Made by a program: the position numbers and the translations under genes
Assembly (NCBI RefSeq): GCF_009914755.1
Contig: NC_060928.1
DNA length: 64,000 bases
Source of the DNA: the human T2T-CHM13v2.0 reference genome, Homo sapiens
Reading direction: 5' to 3' (one strand)
Shown: piece by piece, positions 57,273 through 64,000 of the stretch
Layout: each line of letters opens with the position of its first letter
How positions within the stretch are numbered: the stretch's first letter is position 1
Notes under the pieces: generated by a model
Told to the model about the DNA's origin: nothing
The model's database searches: none
The model's input: the letters and a program-made list of their open reading frames with translations, nothing else

Positions 57273-60200
57273 AATTAGAACTGGATAGAATCTTGATTAT
57301 GCTAGGCTAATTCCCTCAGTTTAATCTTCAAACAGTATTTTAAGCACTCCCCTATTAGTTTTGTTATCTATATTCTCCAGTTATTTCATTCATGCCACAA
57401 GGTGAGGTAATGCCTGAAATTTAAATCTGTCCTCAACAGATTCTTGCACTGGATATTCAAGAAGTCTTGCTTTCATTTACTGTTTCCCTATTTGAACTTT
57501 TTAGAATCAGAATTATTTATTTCTTCTATTTCATGATTTTCCAAAAGATGACTTAGAATGTCTAGAAATTCCCTCCTGACTACAAATGTAATTTGTTGCA
57601 CTGACTACAGTAAACTTGTATTTTTAAGTTACAAATTCAGATACTTTTACTTAAATAACTGCAAACATGGCAAGCTACCCTGGAGTTGCCAAAGTCAATA
57701 TGTGAAGTCTGTCTCTAGGGCAACAGACTAAAGAGTAGTAAATGAGGTTTTGAACTGCATTCCTGTTCATTTCTGATTTAGCAACAGGCTTCTACATGCT
57801 CCTATTATGCTCTGGCCATCCCTTTGTCTGATCTCAAAATTACATGGAGTGAGTTTTGGGTTGCTGTTCTAATATGTTTTAAGACATTTATTTCAATCTG
57901 TCTTGCTGTTCTCATACATGTTATTTCTAATTTTCACTACCCAGCAAATCATATTTGGCTGCCCTGCACAAACACACAAATGTGCATGCACCCACCACCA
58001 TTTTTAAATTTTTCCATGTGAATTGAGGACTGTAAGTATTCAGCAGCTTAATTAAAAATCTGCAAACCCCTCCACACAATGGACCAGTGCTGATTCAGTA
58101 AGTACTTCCTGCTGCTTTTGTAAAAGCTCTTCCCAGTATTTTTTTTTTTAAGCCACTGCACAGATGATCTCTTTCTACCCAATTCTAGAGTTTCACAATA
58201 CTTCTTTTTTGTGGACTCAAGAACACACTACACCGTCAATGGCAGAATGTCAATCAATCTAAATTCTCCTACAACGTAAGTTAATAATTTAAATTCATCT
58301 AACTATAACCAGCACTGCTTGGCAGAGAAAGACACACAAGATCCAACATCCTGACTAACCAAAATGTAGGTAGAAAGAGTTAACCTAAACTGATATGTAA
58401 AGGACATTTTACAAAGTAACACATGACAGAATTTTTTTAAATTGCGCATGTGTTACCAAAACACAATGACAACGCCACAGTGCTGCACTTTTCTAAACTT
58501 TATTAGTGTTTTTTGCCGTTGTTATAACCTGTTGATTAATCTTTAGATTGTACTATTATTTAACATTGTATTAATTTAAAAGTGGTATATAAGACTGTGT
58601 GAAAAAAGGTAAAAGTTAACAAACCAAAAATACAAGTCCAGTTTTTAGAAAAGGTTTTGCAAAATAAAAGTTGCTTATTTATACAGATCACCTGACATAC
58701 AGAAGTAAATATACTACAGTACATATACTCGTATTCTGTAAGCGGATATTCCATCTTAATGATAGTAGGACTGGCATCAAACATCTGCTAAAATAATATA
58801 TCTATCATGCTACATTATAAACCAAAATCCTAAATTGGTCTAGATTTTGAAAGAAGTTGTTTATATTTACCACAATAAGAAGAGTAACTTGTTTCAAAGA
58901 ACAAAGTAACAATCAACTTATTAAATACAACTTTAACGCTACCAACTACTAACTGTGAAGTCAGAACTGGATGGATGTTGAGTAACCTCAAAGAAGAAAA
59001 TAAAATGGAACTTCCTCTTCTGAGCAAACCTACTTAGATTTAAGCCTATATCTATGGAGAAAACGTGAAATTTTGAGTAATGATTGTGTATACTCAAGTC
59101 ACAACAAAAGCCATGTTGACCAATAGTCTACATATTTAAATGTCCATGTTTCAATTATCCATCTAAATTTATCTATATAGTCCACTAAAATCTACTATAT
59201 TTTGATAGCACACAGATGACATAAGCTTATGTCCTTATACCAGGGGTAGCAAAAACAGTCCAGAAAACAAAGCTCCAATTGGTCTAACATCATCAACTAA
59301 CTGTCCTCAAGATCCCATTCTTGTCTACTTGGAGAAAACCGGATAATCCACCTATAAATATAGCAATGATAGTAAACCTCAGTTTCTGCTACAAATAATA
59401 TGGCCAGAAATACAGCAAGTTCAGCTGATAGAAAAATCCGTATGGCGGTGGTAGGTCAGTAATAAAGACTGTAACCTTGTAACTGCAGGATATTCTATAA
59501 AGTGAAATGTAATTTGTAAGTAATTTTTAATGTTACCAGAAACCAAAGGAAGGGCAACAGGGGAGTATCCGTACAAGACCACCTTCAATAGATTCTTCCA
59601 ATAAAACCAAATGTACTGAAAAGTGGTCACATTAGTTTTTAATCAAAGGCAGGCAAGACAATCATAAACATCTATGCTCATTCACCTGTTCAAATATCAA
59701 TTGCTTAAGTCAAACAGGAAAACACAGTCTGCCAGGGGTGTCATATCCACTTTAAGTCAGAGCAATTGAAGATGTGATGGGTATAAAACTACTACAGAAG
59801 CCCAGATGATACTTTCACTGGCCCCTCTGAACCATGTGTCTGAAGTTGGCAAAGTCATTCATGCAAATTGTATATTACTATGCAAGGTGTTACTTCGTCA
59901 AGTTTTACTTTGAAATCAAATTATTTCAGAATATTTGAAATAAGACTCAGCTACAGTTTATTCCAAATTGAAGCATGAGACACGTATTTCATAAAGAGAG
60001 CTCAGATTTCCAAAAATAAGATTACCCAAAAAAGGGGGAGTTAACTAGAGAACACAAATTTTCCCCAGCATATTTTAATATTTCCACCTCGGTGTGCTAT
60101 ATAGATATTATCACTGAAGTATCAAACTGAGCTAGGAGTATGTGCAACCCCGCTCATCTGTATTCTGTCACTTTGTTCTGCTCCACAGACACTGAAGAGG

Positions 60201-61484
60201 TCATGCTTAATGGCCAAAAAATTCACTACGTGCCTAAAGGAGAAAGTAGAAAAAGATAGGCAGGCCTGAGGGTGTGACTGTCTATTTAAGCATGCAACTG
60301 TATTTTAAACATAATTAGACTAATTGCCTCCCAATCTTAGCTGATGCATCTGCACATGCAATTAATTAGAACTGATTTTAAAAGACCTGTTTGGAATCCT
60401 TTGTTCCCCACTTCCTACAAATCAAATTACCAAGGAGCAAATTTAATTTTTCAACTTTTATTTTAAGAAAGACACAAACTTACATTAACTGGGTCTGATC
60501 CACTAATGTAAGTCATTTAACTAGCAATTATTTCATTCTGAAACTAAAATCCCATTCAAATTTTTTCATCTATAAAATAATTCCCTGGTAAATATGACAA
60601 TCTTGCAAGACTGCTGTAGAAAGAAAAACTTGAATAATCTCATAGCTCTTCATCTAAAAGAGGAAGGGGGAAGCAATAAAGTTCCATTCTGCAGGAAAAT
60701 TAGAAATGTACACTATTAAAGCTACCTTTTACCATGTGCTTTACTCTCCACTGATTGTTCTACCATAAATCAAAAGTAGTTAAGGCATTAAAAGAGGACT
60801 TCAAGGGGCTATTTAGCAGAGTAAGACATGATGTGCTCACTGGGAAAAGCATAATGACTGAGGACAAAGGTTCAGACACTGAAACTGGAGATGGGGCCAG
60901 AAGAGGACAGTGGAGAGGGTCAAGAAGAGGCAAACCAAAAGGGAAGAGGTGGGGAAAAGAGCAAAAGTGAGCTTGATAGGTTTAGACAGAGATTGCAGTG
61001 GTAAACAGGAGAGGCAGACACACTCGCTGAGGGATCTTCCCCCAAATAAATATTTACTGAGAGAGTGAATGGTGGACGGCATCCACAGCAACATTAGAGC
61101 TATGAACCTGGTCCAGGGGAGAGTGATGAACATGTGATAAGTGAAGGAAGCCACAGAGCTGCAGGCAGGCCTGGTAACACGAGGCACGTATGAAGGTGTG
61201 AGCTAGAGCCTGGAGAAGATGCAGACTCCAGACTACCATGATCTGTGTCTGAGAGTCTGGAATCTAGATAGGTGAACAAAGTAGCATCGCTTGATAAATG
61301 GTAATAACACATATAGGGTGGGGGATAGGAGTACAACTATATGGGCCAGAGAGAATAGGATTACTGTTCTGAAGACAATAAAGGGGTTGTGGATCTTGCG
61401 ATCTGAGTCTGAGGAGGCATCATGACATTCCTGCACACGACAGAAACTGTGGAGCTAACAATGGGAATAGAAATAGGAAAAGGG

Positions 61485-62403
61485 CTAATATCCAGAATCT
61501 ACAAGGAACTTAAACAAATTTACAAGAAAAAAACGACCCCATCAAAAAGTGGATGAAGGACATGAACAGACACTGCTCAAAAGAAGACATTTATGCAGCC
61601 AACAAACATATGAAAAAAAGCACATCATCACTGATCATTAGAGAAATGCAAATCAAAGCCACAATGAGATACGCCACTCCAGTTAGAATGGCGATCATTA
61701 AAAAGTCTGGAAACCACAGATGCTGGCGAGGATGTGGAGAAACAGAAATGCTTTTACACTGTTGGTGGGACTGTAAATTAGTTCCACCATTGTGGAAAAC
61801 AGTGTGGCACTTCCTCAAGGATCTAGAGCCAGAAATACTATTTGATCCAGCAATCCCATTGGTGGATATATACCCAAAGGATTATAAATCATTCTACTAT
61901 AAAGACACATGCACACGTATGTTTACTGCAGCACTATCTACAATAGCAAAGACTTGGAACCAACCCAAATGCCCATTAATGATAGACCGCATAAAGAAAA
62001 TGTGGCACATATGCATCATGGAATACCATGCAGCCATAAAAAAGAATGAGTTCATGTCCTTTGCAGGGACATGGATGAAGCTGAAACCATCATTCTCAGC
62101 AAACTAACACAGGAACAGAAAACCAAACACCGCATGTTCTCACTCATAAGTGGGAGTCGAATAATGAAAACACATGGATACAGGGAGGGGAACATCACAC
62201 ACCAGGGCCTGTTGTGGGGTGGGAGGCAAGGAAAGGGAGAACATTAGGACAAATACCTAATGCACGCCAGGCTTAAAATCTAGATGATGGGTTGATGGGT
62301 GTAGCAAACCACCATGGCACATGTATATCTATGTAACAAACCTGCACATTCTGTACATGTATCCCAGAACTTCAAGTAAAATTTTAAAAAATTCAAAAAA
62401 AGT
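61485..62403 (+). mobile_element. 5'-truncated L1PA7/8-like LINE (ORF2 C-terminus plus 3'UTR) with 13-bp TSD
   Basis: ORF 61553-62107 has the L1 cysteine-rich motif (CWRGCGE...HCWWDC); L1PA 3'UTR; TSD aataggaaaaggg at 61472-61484 and 62404-62416. Confidence 0.95.
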
Positions 62404-62587
62404 AATAGGAAAAGGGGAAACATCCACGTGAGCAGTCCAGTTTCCCAATCTGGAACTTGGAGCTGTTCACCTGGTGGGTGTTTGTGACTATTCAGACACA
62501 GACAACAAAGGCTACTCCAGATTGAAGTGCACTGCTTACTTTCAGTGACCTCATAGAACTACTCAACATTGTTTTTGGTGATTCCTG

Positions 62588-63276
<689 letters not shown>

Positions 63277-64000
63277 CTCCACTGGAGATATAAGGGTATT
63301 CTCTAATTCTATGTGGAAAGCAGATTATGTACCAATGCATGTTAAAGCACACAATTATCTGCTGGTTAAAAAAACATACAAGGATCCAATCCCCCCGTTG
63401 GAGACACACAGAGCAACAGTAGGAAGGATACATTTCCAGCAAGCTGTGACTCTTTAAGTAAATACGTAGGAGGAAGCAAGTGCAGATTAAAGTACAGTAA
63501 CTGTGAGGCATATGACTGCAGTCATGTTTATAAGTGACTTATAAAGAGAGATTTCAATGAGTTGTACATATAACCCATACAGCAATGATTATATTAGAAA
63601 AAGGAAATTCATCTCTGACATTAATCATCAGGCTCCAGACACTCAACAGAATCGGCCCACAATATGGTTGTATTATTTTGCAAAGGAAAAAAAAACGATT
63701 ATCTGAAGTCTGATTTGAATCCACACTATATCAAATGAGGAAATATGCTCAAGTCACGACACAGCCAAGATTAATAGGTGTTTCCACCCACTCCTTAAAC
63801 AGTTTTAGGTACAAAAAACAATGTCACTTCTCTTCCTAAGAATATGTTAAGCATAGAAATTTGCAGAAATGCATAAAAAAGCATTCCTTTCCATGCTCTC
63901 ATTTTCTGGTGTTCTGGGTAGCTTTAAAAGTATGAACACTGAAGTACACCAATGCTGTCAGTTATAAAGGATTTGTATTCATTTCTGGGAGCTAAAAACA

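Noticed and set aside
58416-58456. 10-bp inverted repeat gtaacacatg / catgtgttac
   Set aside because: A stem this short at this spacing is expected about once or twice by chance in 64 kb.
58773-58786. 14-mer ggcatcaaacatct shared with the 36-bp duplication at 22393
   Set aside because: Several 14-mer matches are expected by chance in a window this size, and the flanks do not align.
61553-62107. 184-aa ORF, the longest in the track
   Set aside because: It is the C-terminal part of L1PA ORF2 in a 5'-truncated copy with no promoter.

Overview
This is primate, most likely human, non-coding euchromatic DNA. It contains about 32 Alu-family SINEs, L1 remnants of many ages, L2/MIR, MaLR and ERV1 solo LTRs, and MER DNA-transposon MITEs. 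I find no convincing protein-coding exon, structural RNA gene or CpG island; the longer ORFs in the track are L1 ORF2 relics or Alu/LTR read-through. Most LTRs and younger L1s lie on +, and unique DNA looks A-rich on +, which suggests a large intron of a minus-strand gene. I cannot name that gene. I see no evidence for a novel multi-gene system. The best second-look items are small: a perfect 27-bp-arm hairpin (367-434), two tiny TSD-flanked insertions of unknown source (29924-30001, 37335-37405), exact tandem duplications of 93, 36 and 16 bp, an Alu nested antisense in another Alu, tight inverted Alu and MER20 pairs, and a few weak cryptic-exon and enhancer candidates. Subfamily calls come from recalled consensus sequences, not a RepeatMasker run, and the boundaries of old elements are approximate.
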